Of a stretch of DNA of 64,000 bases, positions 50,631 to 64,000 are shown piece after piece. This DNA comes from Selaginella moellendorffii (lineage: Eukaryota; Plantae; Lycopodiophyta), in the NCBI RefSeq assembly GCF_000143415.4, contig NW_003314268.1:537120-601119 (forward strand), in the 5' to 3' direction. The position numbers and the translations under genes are program-made. The notes under the pieces are model-generated. The model saw only the letters and a program-made list of their open reading frames with translations, did no database searches and was not told the origin of the DNA. The number at the start of each line of letters is the position of its first letter. Positions within the stretch are counted from its first letter, which is position 1.

Positions 50631-50984
50631 TCTTATGCATTTTTTTTTTTTTATAATAAGTTTTTCTTGTTTTTAGAAATAAAGACAACTACAAAAGGAT
50701 AAGGATGTTGGATTAAAGAGAATAAGATATGAGGAAGATTGAGGTTTAAGATGAGACTAATTTGACTTTCAGATTGAGATTTCCATAGCAACAACTCTGC
50801 CATCCACATTGCCAGCTCCACTACCAAATCAAAGACACCATTTAATACCATTTTGCGTGCAAATGCTGGATATAAAGAGTTGGTGCTCATGGGATTGTAT
50901 CGAACCCTCCTTTCGTAGTGCAATGGGCTTGAAGTTCGGCTCCAAATGTGTGCTACATTTGGTATCATTATCATTTGGTATCAT

Positions 50985-53900
50985 AAACTAGTATTATAGT
51001 ATAGGAACCACCGAGATCACTATAGTTGGAAAACATAGGATTTACTATCCAACAAAATTCAATAACTAGTGTATCATCAAGAAAACTCAATGATAAAACT
51101 TAACTATCAAATATTGTAGATAGTATGCTAAACAACTTACCAAAGACAACTAAAAGAACACAAAGTATCATTGATTAACAAGCATAATGTTTGCGAATGT
51201 ATCACCCAAATGTAATAACATCCTAATCTATTAGAATTAACTCGAGTAATAATCAACAGAACAAAATGAATGTGGCAAGACCAACAAACACTCATTCATG
51301 CCAACTATCACAAAAGCCAATCTAAATATATCTCAGTCAGCAATACGAAAGAACTCAAGTTGCTTAAACAAAAATGTTAGCAACATCCTACCGATGTTTT
51401 AAACCCAAGAGGTCAATCCAAAGCAAACCACAAAGAATATATGGTATTATGGATAGCCATAAGTCATCAAAGAGAATAACTAACCATTATAATAGATTAT
51501 CAATCATCCTATCAATGAAGAGATGCATAATCATTATTAAATAAGGAATCCACCATCCCAAAGAATAGCAAATCATTCTATATCAACAACAATTAAGAAA
51601 AACTTTTGACAAGGATAATCAACTATCTTAGATGATAGTCAATCATCACCAATGATTGCCAGATGCAAATACGAGTTTTAATATTGAAGCTAATAAGCCA
51701 AAATGCCTTCCCCAACAACTTCTAACAAATTGAACAATAAGCATAAAACTCAAAGAACCAAAAGCTCGAAGAAGCCTATACGTAAGTCTTGCTTAACAAT
51801 GATCACAAATCTTGTATGAACTAACTTCAAAGTTAAAGAAGAAATCATGGTACAACCTATAATATCCCTCTCAACACATCCATAAGCTAAACTTCACATC
51901 GGGCTTTGAGGCTCACACCGGGAGCAAGCTTCGCCGACCGGCAGCCAACATCTATGCAAAGTTAATGAAAAGCATTTTTGCATCAATTTAAAAGCTAAGC
52001 ATAATAAAGATATACTCAACAAATGACCACCAAACTAATCCTTTATGAATCCATCTATAATAAGACATAACTCACTTTATAACAAGCACAAAAAGAACAA
52101 TCAATAATCAATACCCAATGCAAATCTAATAAAAAACCAACATCGTCAATATTAGTCACTAATTCTTCCTCTTGTAAGGTTAGCATAATCCATGATTGAA
52201 TCACATTTCAAGGAAAAACCAAAGCTCAACCTCTACTAAGCAATCTCATCTAGAACACAATTAACTTAAACTTGCCACTTAGCTTGTTTAAATGTTAATA
52301 TAGTTGCTAACTAATAAATTCACAAATACTAATAACACAAAGCTACAACCAAATATCTTCATCAAGATTAATGAAACTCAATATCAATCCTAAGGAGAGA
52401 CATTTCATTTCATTCGAATTTCGATATCAATATTGTTAATGACAAGGCATCATTTCAATGCCATTAACACTAGAACAAAGCTAAAAGAAAACAAGAGTGA
52501 ATCACCACTCAAACTTTCTAGCAACCATGCTAACCACTGTCAAAGATATTTTATTTTTCAGTATTCGAAACTAAATCTTTAGCAAAACTCAGTTACAGAT
52601 AACACATCATCAAAGAGTGATTCACCACGTCCAAGACTCAATAAAATCCAACACTACAGACTAAATATAACCAAATGATATTAACAAAGGAATCGGCATG
52701 CCAACATGGAAAAACCATGCAAGCCATGACACGATCCTCTACAACACCATTTGGTAAAGCAAATCTATCACTACTAAATCATCATTAAGTGAAGTAAGTG
52801 TTAATAGTCCTTGACAAAATCTACAAGCAATCACTAGTTGCAAAGCAACTAACAATCACTTTTCAACTTATCTTTCACAAGACCCAAGCACTAAACTCAT
52901 GTCATTGAGTCATACACTTGTCCAACATGAACGTAATACCCCAGGTAAAAGATAAAGGTTCATGGACAAGCACGAATTAAATGACCACTCGAATCCAACT
53001 CACCAACACATTTAGTCAATAGTTCTGAGCATGTCTTGAAGAGGCTAGCTATGCATAATTAACACTTAATCAAAACTAAAGTGAAGATCATGATATAAAC
53101 TCATATTAGTGCACAACCTCTTCATAGACAAAGCTATAGTACGGGTACTAGCATCCCAACCTCAAACAACTAAGTTAAACATCACCACCTTCAACTAAGA
53201 CATAGGGCCACCAAGACCAAGTCAAGATTAGTGAAAGCTCATTACTCTCATAGAGTTTAATGAAATGCAAGATGCAACTTGCCACCTAGCATAACACTAC
53301 AAAGAAAGGCACAAAGGTCACATTTCTAGAAAAGTGCAATAGCCACTTTTCTACACCAACTTCAGACTTTATCTAACTCAATTGCATTAGCGTCAAAAGT
53401 TAACATCCCTTTCGGGTCATATAATACAAACTACCTACTAACATTTAAGCCAACTAAAGTCAATTCTAACCTCTTCATTAGTTTGTATTTATTTATGAAA
53501 ATAGAATGGTTTTCGAGCAAAGTGATCAACAGATTAGCCATTGGAAAAGCTTAAGAAAATTTGTGAAATTTTTTTTTCCATCCTAGAGAAAGAATAACTT
53601 GCAGTCCATGAATACGAACTTTCAAGACTCAATCAACTTCCTCCTACTAACAACTTCACATAAGTTCACCTCAATTTAAATTCTCATGACCCAATAGCAT
53701 GTCTAAGCATCAAACATTTTTGCCCATATATTCAACATTAAATACCAACATCCACAAAATGCAAAATAAACATCCAAGACTTGATCATGAAGACCATATC
53801 TTTAAATATCCACATTGCACTAACACTTTTCTTTAATCACCTTTAAGATCCAATGCGAAGCCAAAACACTAATAAGAAAAATGATAAAATTCTTCATCAT

Positions 53901-56424
53901 TTGAAACAACAATGCCACTTCTACTAATACAAGTGTTAGCGATGTCAATGCCTCAACTATATACTTTCTTCATCCAACAATCTACTCTAAGTGCTAACGG
54001 ATAAATCAACAAGCTATAGCAAATGAATGCTCCTTATGGGCAAACCCTCAAGGAAATAAAGTACTAGCTTAGCATATCATGGATCACCATTGAGAACTTA
54101 GTCAAAGCTACTACAATGCTACTATGTGCAAGTAAACTAGTTTCACTATCAACTACTTTGGGGTTGATCATCGTTTAACCAAACAACTTCGTAAACATAT
54201 TGCTCATTATCACATAGATATAATATAAAAATCATAATGACTTGATCATTAATCAAGCAACATCTCGAGTAATGCCCATGTCACTACTGCAAAGGTTTAC
54301 GTGAGTATCAAGTGTCAACTTAATTCGATAAAATGCAACATAAATGCCATACCCCACTGATAACACTCAACATCACTAACTTTTGTTCATAACACGGACA
54401 AGCTTATGTTATTCTTTTTCTGACCAAACTTAAAACTAATTCAACATCAAGTTACTCAAGGAGCAATAACAAAGTTCTCTGGAAACGATCTGAGCATTGT
54501 AACCCAAGTCTTCAATAGCAAGCCTAGACAAAGTGGTTTAGCACTTCACTGCTATCCATCAATTAACTCACCACTAGTAAGACCATTATTCCCAACATGC
54601 ATCAAAATAGCGACTCTTGATTGCATGATGTGAACATGAGCAATGAGTTAACATCTCATTGCAAATAATCTCTCTAAAAAGATAAGATGATTTATATATT
54701 TGATCCTTCATCCCTGACAACTCTCTTTTTGGACTCTACTTTGACCAAACCTTAAGCTTGCTTTCACACTGCCTTCAGTCCAATCCAAGAACAGTTTATG
54801 AGAGAACATGACAATGACTACTTGAACCAATAGACTAATCCCTATAGTCTTGATTGATCCACTCATAATCATGCTTAGGAAGGATCCGCTAGTGCCATGC
54901 TAAACAATTACAGACTAGCGTATTTGCCACTCATAACAAACCTAGGGGAGGTTCACTTTCACCCACGGTACAAGGAACAACTCATAGAACCACTGATAGG
55001 CTAACATTAATCTTGCTAACTCTAAGTGTAGCCTTGAGTTGCTAATATGCCTCCCTCACGAGCCCAAATGCAAACTCATGCAAACAAAACATCTCACATC
55101 CATTTTATGAGCCCAAAAGCAAGGTCATACAATACAATACAAAAAGGTAACCAAAATCTCTACCTAAGGAACAAATGCGAAATCTTTACACCCAAACGTA
55201 TACCCACTCAGATCATTGTTTTCATCTCTGCGTATGCAATGAGACTAGTTGCCCAATCTCATTGGATAGTACTCGCTGAGATGTATTCTTTGATACCAAA
55301 TGTAGCACACGTGGTTTTTACCCTTTATTCTATGGTGATTTACCATAGAATAACCACGAAGCAAAACCTAAACCCCCCATATGCCATGTGTCATATGCTA
55401 TATGCCACATGCCATGTGTCCAAAGGACAGTAGTGCAGAACCCGAGTTTCAAAGCCTTGGGCCACTGAACGAAAAAACAGAGCCAAACTCCTAAACATGG
55501 AGCCAAGGAGTGACGGAATCAGACCACAAAGCAACTCCCTACCATACAACTTAAGGAGAGAAGGGACAAGAGTATGGAGTGATTGGAACAGTCTTAGAGC
55601 ATCCAGTATCCTAATGCTAGGACTAGCATGCAAAATGGAGCCAAACAGAGTCTAACACTATTTTGGCATACCAGTGGCCTAATGTGAGGATATGAGTACT
55701 CCACAAACTAGCATGGTATGGAACTTGGGCTTAGACCCAAGCTGGATGCAGAACAAGGACAAGCATGTAAGTGGGAACTAGACTATACCTTAGGTTAGTC
55801 AACTATGCTTGATCTACACACTATCCCTATTATACATTTGGAACCCCCTATATCCTTCGCCCCCCTTGAGGAATATACACTTTGGGTTTTCACTTCAAAT
55901 CTCCCTTAGTACCCTGGGACAAGTTTGAAACTCACTAAATATGGAATGTCCTTAGATTGTGAATTTGGACATGGACGAACACAATTGTGTTCAGGACAAT
56001 CTCTACATTCTATAAATATGCCAAATGAGTAAATCTAGACACTTTCTATAATTAGCATTTGGGAATGAAATGAGACTAACGCAAAGGGCATGATAGCAAA
56101 GGTGTTTAGCAAACACAGTAAGCTATCATCTAATGATATTGAGAGACTAATCTCAATATGTGAGGGTTTTTGTCACTAGTCAATGCAAGACATAATGAGA
56201 CAGGAACTCCTTACCAAGCTAAGTATGCTTAGCTTATAGCACGTAGAAATTCTGTCCTTATGCTCGTCTGGTGAACTTGAAATGCCCAGTTAACTCCACT
56301 AGCACAAGAGGGACTGATAAAGGGTCCAACAATACTGACCTCCTGCCATCGTGGTAGTAAGGAAAGAATATTTAAAAGAACAACCAATAGATAATTTTCA
56401 ATATCCAAAGTCACATTCGTGACA
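50985..56424 (-). mobile_element. Older copy of the Copia-like non-autonomous element (5' LTR plus internal region, 3' end lost)
   Basis: Colinear reverse-complement homology to 13067-18530. LTR 55301-56424 and PBS (tgataccaaa) at about 55291-55300. Confidence 0.88.
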
Positions 56425-56429
56425 TTCCA

Positions 56430-56620
56430 ATCCACATCCACCCTCATTTCTACCACCACCACTATCATTTCTGCCACACCACCATTGCCACCACCACCAC
56501 CATCACCACCATTGCCACCACCACCAACATCACCACCATTACCACCACCACCGTCATCACCACCACTAGTGCCATTGCAACTATTGTCATCACTGCTATT
56601 GTGCTACTGCCACCACCTCA
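56430..56620. repeat. Degenerate (CCA)n repeat
   Basis: Directly visible. Confidence 0.85.
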
Positions 56621-57619
56621 AATGCCACTACTCTTAATATATTTGCAAAATTTGGCAGAAACTAACTACATTATAGAGTAGTTATCACCACCACCCCTAG
56701 TGCATAAAGGGGGTGTTGGGCCCAAGCTGGGGGCTAGATTTGATAATGGTGCTATTGAAAGTGTAGTTAAATTTGAAAGAGAAGTGGAGCTACTTGAATA
56801 TGTTATGGACAAACACTTTCAAGAGATGGTTTTAAAAACCAAAGCAAGGCCAGTTGAAGGTGTTCTTGCAACCACAGCAGCCAGCTCAAGGTGGCTACCA
56901 AACATTTTACTTCAATCTTGAGCATACAATTTGGTGCTTTCTGATAAGCATTTTGTCTACATAGTAGATCTTTTTGGGCGATTAGAGAAGGCCATTCACA
57001 TAATTCTAGAGTATCTCAAGTGGGAAGGCCTGGGAGACATGATTCAAGAGATCCCACTATATCAATTCACCCAGACAAGCCTTGGGGTGGTCACTCTTAT
57101 ATAACTGTATATATCATCTGCATGTACGGATTGGGGTTATTTTGGGTGCAAACCATATGTATACATATAGGCCTCAGGGTTGAGTTTAATTTGAAATTTT
57201 TTGTATGTATGGGTAGGGGAGGAGGCGGAACTCATCAAGGGCTCTCTACAATAGCAGACTATAGAGGGCAATAGATCTCAGGTGCAATAGGTATGAAGCG
57301 TGATATTATTATGTATGTAGAGGATGCGGATCAAAAGAAGCCTGTGATGTTTTATACAAAAATAACAGAATATTCTATGTATATATAGAATTGAGATATT
57401 AATAGTAAGATTTGAAAAAATGCATATATGTAAGGGTATGGGGCAAAGTATGAACAACAAAAAAAGTATACTAGGCCCCCTATTCTAAACTTCCAGAACG
57501 CAGATAATATATAATGCTTATAAAGAGTGACCACCCCGAGAGACATGGTATGTTTCACCTCACTTTGTCAACATGGACATTTATAATTTTTACAAATAGA
57601 ACAACATTGGGACAAATAT

Positions 57620-57936
57620 AGGTATATTCTTTGTTTCGGTCTTCAAGCCAAGAATGACAAATACCCTCTTGATTTCACATAAAATCTAGAGGTTTTGGGA
57701 TGACATTTGGAAAATGAAGTCTTGCAAATTTGATAATATACTTATAAGCCATCCCGAGACTCAATAATTTGGGCATTATCGATGGGAATCATTATTGGTA
57801 TGCATGGATGAAGTGCATTAATGAATGCTTCTAAGACAATCTTATATATCACATCAATGTTTTGGTTGGATATATACACAAGAGAGGATCTTTGGATATG
57901 GCAAGGCTTATGATAACGTGCAACATAATTAATGCA
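57620..57936 (+). pseudogene. Decayed ParB/Srx-like domain exon
   Basis: The frame containing codon 57781 reads GIIDGNHYWYAWMKCINECF*DNLIYHINVLVG...ARLMITCNIIN (ParB IIDGxHR box and terminal Asn). The upstream frame reads WDDIWK...FDNILISHPE, with a frameshift near 57770. Confidence 0.55.
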
Positions 57937-57985
57937 TAAGTATTTTTCCCTCTTCAATCACTTTTAACAATTTGAGTTTTGCAAG

Positions 57986-60900
57986 TGTAGTGCATATGGT
58001 TTTCACCCTCTATCCTAGGGTGTTTTACCATAGGATAACTATGAAGCAAAACCTAAACCCTCTATGCCATGTGTCATATGCCATGTGCCACATATCACAT
58101 GTCCCCAAGAATAGCAAAATAGAACCCAAATTTCAAAGCCTTGGGCCACTGAATGAAGGAACAAAGCCAAACTCCTTAGCTGGCAACCAAGGAGTGAAGG
58201 AACCACTCTTAAGCGTACAACCTGAGGAATGAAAGAACAAGAGCACAAAGTGACATTAGAACAATCCTAGAGCTTCTAACATTACAGGGATATAGAGAGA
58301 GAAGTTAGAGGCCCCAACAAAGAAACCAAACCCATTGGTAAGGTTTAGATAGACTATTGTAAACAGATAGTTAGAATTGTTTATATTGTTATGCCTTTTT
58401 AAACAGAATAAGGAACACTAACAAAGAGGCGAGCAATGTGACCAATTAATAGTAGCTACCCCATGACTAAAGATTTCACTATACACATGAAGTGCCAAAG
58501 CCAATCTACCTATACTGGCCCAAATTCAAAGATCAATAAATGGACAATATCAAAGTCAAAGACAATGATATCTGAGAGACCAAATTATCAGTAAATAAAT
58601 CTTAAATAAGAACACAAAAGTATTCCAAGTAAATTATCATCTGATAAACTAGTATTAGAGTATATGAACCATCAAGATCATCATAATTGGAAAATATAGA
58701 ATTCACCATTCAACAAAATTTAATAGCCAGTGTATTATAAAAAAAACTCAATGATAAAGCTTAACTATCAAAGATTACAAATAGTATACTGAACAACTTA
58801 TATAAGATAACGTAAAGAACACAAAGTATCATCGATTGGCAAGCAAAATTCTTGTGGATGTATCATTCAAAGAAAATAACATCCAATCTATCAGAACCAA
58901 TTATAGTATCAATCAACAAAATAGAATGAATGTGCTAAGACCAACAAACACTCATTCATGCCAACTATCATACTAGTCAATTTGAATAGATCTCAATTAA
59001 TAATACAAAGGAATTCAAGTTGTTTAAGCAAGCATCAGCAACATCCTACCAATGTTTCAAACCCAAGAGACCAATCTAGAGAAAACTACAAAGAACATAT
59101 GGTATCAAAGCAAATGGCACAGGTATGATTTCCATTGATTAGTGGCTACTTAAAAATATAATATACCCTTGAGCAAGGTATATTTCTACCCTAAATTTGA
59201 AATCATATGTATTGGACAACCATATGTACATCCTTCCTCTTGGTGGAGCATCTATAAATGAAGGTATCCACTGTGGGATTACAGTATTGATGGATGACTA
59301 GTTGCCTCATATGGAATAGCTAGTCTACACAATAGAAAAATTGGTAAATTTAGTATGGAAATGGAGGTGTTAGTTTCACTTAGCTCAGTAGAGGTTGTTA
59401 GTCAATAGTCAATGAGGACATTAATATCTCTGAGAGGGGGGTGAGTGTAGTATATGTGATCATGGGATGAAATTTAGATATATTATCAACGTAGATTTTT
59501 GGAACCTTGGGGAATAAATGAGGATAAAATAGTCACTAAGGGCTCTCTCATCAAGTAATTGCCCCCTTTTCCAATTGGTTTAAGAAGAGAGAGATAGAAT
59601 TTGTTACATGTCCTATAGGCAAAGGCATATTACACTTTTGTAAGCTAGGTGACACATAAAGTAGCAAAGGTGGTAAGTAACCTCTTTACCTAACACAAAT
59701 CGCTACCAACTCAAACAACTTCCAGCCGTCACTGATAAGAAAATGACTAACAGAGTTATAACTCATTTAAGTTATGAATACTGTGAACTTTTCTTAAAGT
59801 TGTTTCCTTGGCAGTGTTCTAAACTAGAATGTGCATCGACGAAGATGTTGATCTCCCCTAAGGGGGAGAGAGTGTCATGAATATGGCTATGGGTCTACGG
59901 GTCATATCCATGGCACTCTCTCCCCCTTAGGTAAGTGCTAACTAGTGTTAACTATGCTAACTAGTGCTAACGTTATCTATCGGCTAGTCCCCCTTAGGTA
60001 AGTGCTAACTATGCTAACTAGTGCTAAAGTTATCTATCGGTTAGTCCTTTCGAATATTCTTTCTTTACTATCACAACAGCAAGAGGTCGGTATTGCTAGT
60101 CCCTTTTTCAATCTTTACCTAAGCTAGTTGAAAATTGGTTTTTGCATGTGCACTTAACTAGATGAGCATAAGGATGGAATTCCTAAGTGCTATTAATCAA
60201 ACATATTCGACCTAGTTAGAGAAACTCATTTATTGACTTGCACTTGCTAATGTTGGGAACCCCCATGATATTGAGATTGGTCCCTCAATATTCACTAAAT
60301 GATAGCTTACTGTATTTGCTAAACACCCTCACTATTATACACTTTATGTTAGTTTCGTTCAATCTTAATTGTTATTTATGGAAAATGTCTAGATTTGTTA
60401 ATTTGGCATATCTATAGAATGTAGAGATTGACCTAAACACAATGGTGTTAGTCTCATATCCAAATTCACAATCTAGTGCCATTCTATATTTAGTTAGTCC
60501 CAAAGACTAACTCTTGGTACTAAAAATGGTAAAGGTGAAAGCCTAAAGCGTGCATTCCTTAGGGGGGGGAGGGGTGGGCTTGTGGGCAGTTCCAAATATA
60601 GTAAGGATAGTGGGTAGGTTGGGCATGGTTGACTAACCTAAGGCATAATTTAGCTTCTATTTACATGTTTGTTTTGTTTTATATCTGGCTTGGGTCTAAA
60701 CCCAAGTTCCACACCATGCTAACTAGTGGAGTACCCACATCCATACATTAGGCCATAGGTATGCTAAAATAGTGCCAAATTCTATTTGGCTCCGTTTTGC
60801 ATGCTACTCTTAGCATTGGGATGCTAGAAGCTTTAAGACTATTCCAACTTTGCTTCATGCTCCTATCCCTTCATACCTCAGATTGTACATTCAAAAGTCA

Positions 60901-61125
60901 CTCTGTGCTCCAGTTCCTTCGCTCCTTGGTTGCAAGCTAGGGAGTTGGCTCTATTCCTTAGTTCAATAGCCCCAAGGCCCTAAAACTTGGGTTTCACTCC
61001 ACTATCCTTGGGGACACATAGCATATGGCATATGATATGTGGCACATGAAGGGTTTAGATTTTGCTTTGTGGTTATTCTATAGTAAAACACCATAGGATA
61101 GAGGGTAAAAACCACATGTACTACA
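57986..61125. mobile_element. Rearranged composite of the Copia-like family
   Basis: Inverted LTR 3' end plus internal piece (57986-59099), then PBS TGGTATCAAAGC at 59100, a ~760-bp internal part with a gag zinc-knuckle remnant, PPT AAGGGGGAGAGAG and LTR 59873-61125. Flanked by GCAAG/GGAAG. Confidence 0.75.
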
Positions 61126-61847
61126 GGAAGCTAGGATAGTTTGTACTACAAAAGCAAAGCCTAGTGTATGAATCCAATTTTCTTGCCAATCTCGATAAGG
61201 ATGCAATTTGCAACCCCTATGGTGACAATTGAGCATCACTTATTTAGCATTAACAAAATCATCAAAATGCCAATAGATAGTACAAGATTCTAATGGCTTT
61301 TATGATAACCATGTTGAGTAAGGTATGTTCTCAATATACTTCTTGTTACTAAATGTTTGTATTGTCTTCAGTCGTTGGTGAAGGTTAGGTAAGACATATA
61401 TGCATAATTTCATCGAGCTGAAAATAATGAAGAACTTTTCGAGCATTTAGTTGTAATTGACACGAAAATCAACATCATAAAGAAGACAAAGGTAAAGAAA
61501 TTACTTAATGTGGCCGACCCTCGATGCCCAAACAAATGGTTTGATATCATAATAAAGATTGTATGTCATAAAAATAAGTATTGTGCATGTTTACTTGAAG
61601 GTTACTCACAAATATTATTTCCTAATGGGCATGACTTCAGATGAGTTTCTTTACAACATCTTAAAGTCAAAGCTTACATATGAGGAGTAAATAAACATTC
61701 TAAATGACCTCAATAGTATACTCAAGGAAAGAGAAAAAGGTTTTGACAATACAATGGAGATTGTGATAAGGAGGATTGTCTACATTTCACAAACTATATA
61801 TAAAAGGAGATGTTTCTAGTCCTTTATAGAGGATGATCCTAAGCAAT

Positions 61848-62253
61848 CNNNNNNNNNNNNNNNNNNNNNNNNNNNNNNNNNNNNNNNNNNNNNNNNNNNN
61901 NNNNNNNNNNNNNNNNNNNNNNNNNNNNNNNNNNNNNNNNNNNNNNNNNNNNNNNNNNNNNNNNNNNNNNNNNNNNNNNNNNNNNNNNNNNNNNNNNNNN
62001 NNNNNNNNNNNNNNNNNNNNNNNNNNNNNNNNNNNNNNNNNNNNNNNNNNNNNNNNNNNNNNNNNNNNNNNNNNNNNNNNNNNNNNNNNNNNNNNNNNNN
62101 NNNNNNNNNNNNNNNNNNNNNNNNNNNNNNNNNNNNNNNNNNNNNNNNNNNNNNNNNNNNNNNNNNNNNNNNNNNNNNNNNNNNNNNNNNNNNNNNNNNN
62201 NNNNNNNNNNNNNNNNNNNNNNNNNNNNNNNNNNNNNNNNNNNNNNNNNNNNN
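61848..62253. other. Assembly gap (N run)
   Basis: Ns in the sequence. Confidence 1.
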
Positions 62254-62884
62254 TGACTACCAAAGAAGGCCACAAGCACGACTTTATTTGATAAAAAGAT
62301 TAGCCAACCTTACTTCATGCAGCTTTCAAGTAACATACAATTTCTCAACTATACTTATTTTGTTTATATTCTATTATAGGTATTTCTAATATAGAGGCCA
62401 TAATGAAGTTTCCAGCAGCAATAAAGTGAGCTTGCCCTTGGGAATTAGAGATGCCAGACTATGCACCAACCCATTGAGAGGTTGCAATAGGCAACAATGA
62501 AGACGTGCTGGATGACAAAGATGGTGGCCATGAGAATATCAATATTGTCAATGCCAATGGCGAGGAGAGTGAAAATGGTGGTAAGAATGACTTGTAAGAA
62601 ACTTTTTCATGACAAGAGGAGGAGGAAGTGAAACAAAAGAACCAAGACGTGCAAGAAGTTCTACCACGATGAAAGCATGCAAATCCACATTTGGAGGAAC
62701 TTACATATACAACAAGCCATATGACAATATGTAAATTTTACATAATTTCACATCTTACCTTCCTCTTCTCCCTCTAGATTCACCCTGTTTCTCTAGTGGC
62801 ATTATATGGTGAAGTTGAATCTTTATTGACTCCTACAATTTATTGTTAGCATCTTTCAAAAAGGATGCTAATTGTTAGGCAAAA

Positions 62885-63631
62885 GTGAGAGCGCTTTTGT
62901 TAAAAATCCATAGGCAACTGCTCGAGAGCACAAACTTCATGCTTTTTGATATGCTAAATGGTTTTCTAGATGTTGATGGTGATGCCCCAAGCTGGAACAT
63001 CCTGACTAAAGACCACTTGAAGGATGCATTCCTTTTGACAGTAGTTCTCCTTCACACAACCAGTCAAGTTGCCTTCATTCTCCCGAATGACCTCAATTGC
63101 ATGTCCTGCCTTATGATATATGCAACTTGAGTCAATAATAAAAGGTTCTCTTCCAAGTGCATCATGGATAGTGTTGGGGTCAAGACCAAAGGTATCACAG
63201 GCATGCCAAAGAAGGTTAGAAATCATCTTGTGTTTTGTGTTATATCTAAAAGTTTTATTATTTAGATTATGATGTGGATCTACCATATGTTTTGTGGAAG
63301 AGAACATAATGGTTTTTGTGATAACAAATGTGATGTATGGGTTTTGCCAGGGTATGATAGATCTATTAATATCATACCAAATCTCATAGACGACGACATC
63401 CATAACATATTGTCTGAGTATCAATTCTGATCCCCATCGGCAATGCATGTCCTACTTGAGCTTTATTGCTCAATTAGTGGTGTTGTCATCAATTGCACAG
63501 CAGGTAGTGGTTCAATGATCAAGGTAACATGTGACTCTGGCAGATCAATGTTTGCAATTGAAGAATATGAGTTTTTCAAATGCCATCTTAAAGGTTTTTG
63601 TCCTTCTCTATTAGTTGTTTCTAGGAGGTAA
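62885..63631 (+). pseudogene. Decayed beta-class N4/N6 DNA methyltransferase-like gene
   Basis: NFMLFDMLNG...APSWN occupies the motif IV (DPPY) position. It is followed by QF*SPSAMHVLLELYCSISGVVINCTAGSGSMIKVTCDSGRSMFAIE, matching motifs X-I-II (xxD-x-F/T-xGSG...GR...I-E). In-frame stops. Confidence 0.65.
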
Positions 63632-64000
63632 TTTATGATGTTTTAAAAACTTAATATGCAATATGTATTTAGTTTTCCTATATATCATAAATCTCTAATA
63701 CAATGAGCTCTAGAAGTCTTCCTAGGTATACATGGAACAACATATGCAATATGAGTCTTCCTTTGAATTGAGGAGCTATATAAAAAATCTATTTATCGAT
63801 GATACAATAAAAGAGAGTTGAATGCATCTACTTGCAATGAGAAAAGCATGTCACATATCAATGTGATAATGACAATGGCAATGTCAGAGATAGTGACAGT
63901 GACAGTGTTAGTGTCCAAGATAGTTACCTATTAGAGATAGTTATAGTGTCAATTTGTCAAATTTCATAATTAACAGTATGTTACCTATAATTAATACCAT

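Noticed and set aside
49717-50688. Cluster of 60-160-aa ORFs
   Set aside because: Expected by chance in a GC-rich repetitive island; no recognisable protein features.
61787-62291. ORFs across the N run
   Set aside because: Artefacts of the assembly gap.

Overview
Eukaryotic, gene-poor, transposon-dense window with AT-rich flanks, spliceosomal introns and tRNA-iMet-primed LTR elements. It looks like a bryophyte genome and is most consistent with Physcomitrium patens, but that is inference. The centrepiece is a head-to-tail array of a ~12-kb, GC-richer TIR DNA transposon. Copy 1 is 4671-23237 (with a 6.6-kb LTR element inserted), copy 2 is 23880-35829, and a third copy survives as a 169-bp stub at 36472-36640. 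An apparently identical 642-bp spacer separates the copies. Each copy carries a minus-strand Sola-type DDD transposase and a divergently transcribed multi-exon cargo gene or gene pair with tiny introns. The cargo reads as a ParB/Srx-like domain, a degenerate beta-class N4/N6 DNA-methyltransferase-like domain, an acidic tract and an FCP1/NIF-type HAD phosphatase. Each copy is also studded with about 20 copies of one 22-bp palindrome (ATGGCRTG-WGGCCW-CAYGCCAT) that I did not see in the flanks. A second, much more decayed ParB-like plus DNA-MTase-like gene lies at about 57600-63630. The rest is nested LTR-retrotransposon debris, one intact and very AT-rich secreted bulb-lectin ORF, a possible hAT remnant and an assembly gap. 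All domain calls come from motif recognition by eye; no searches were run.
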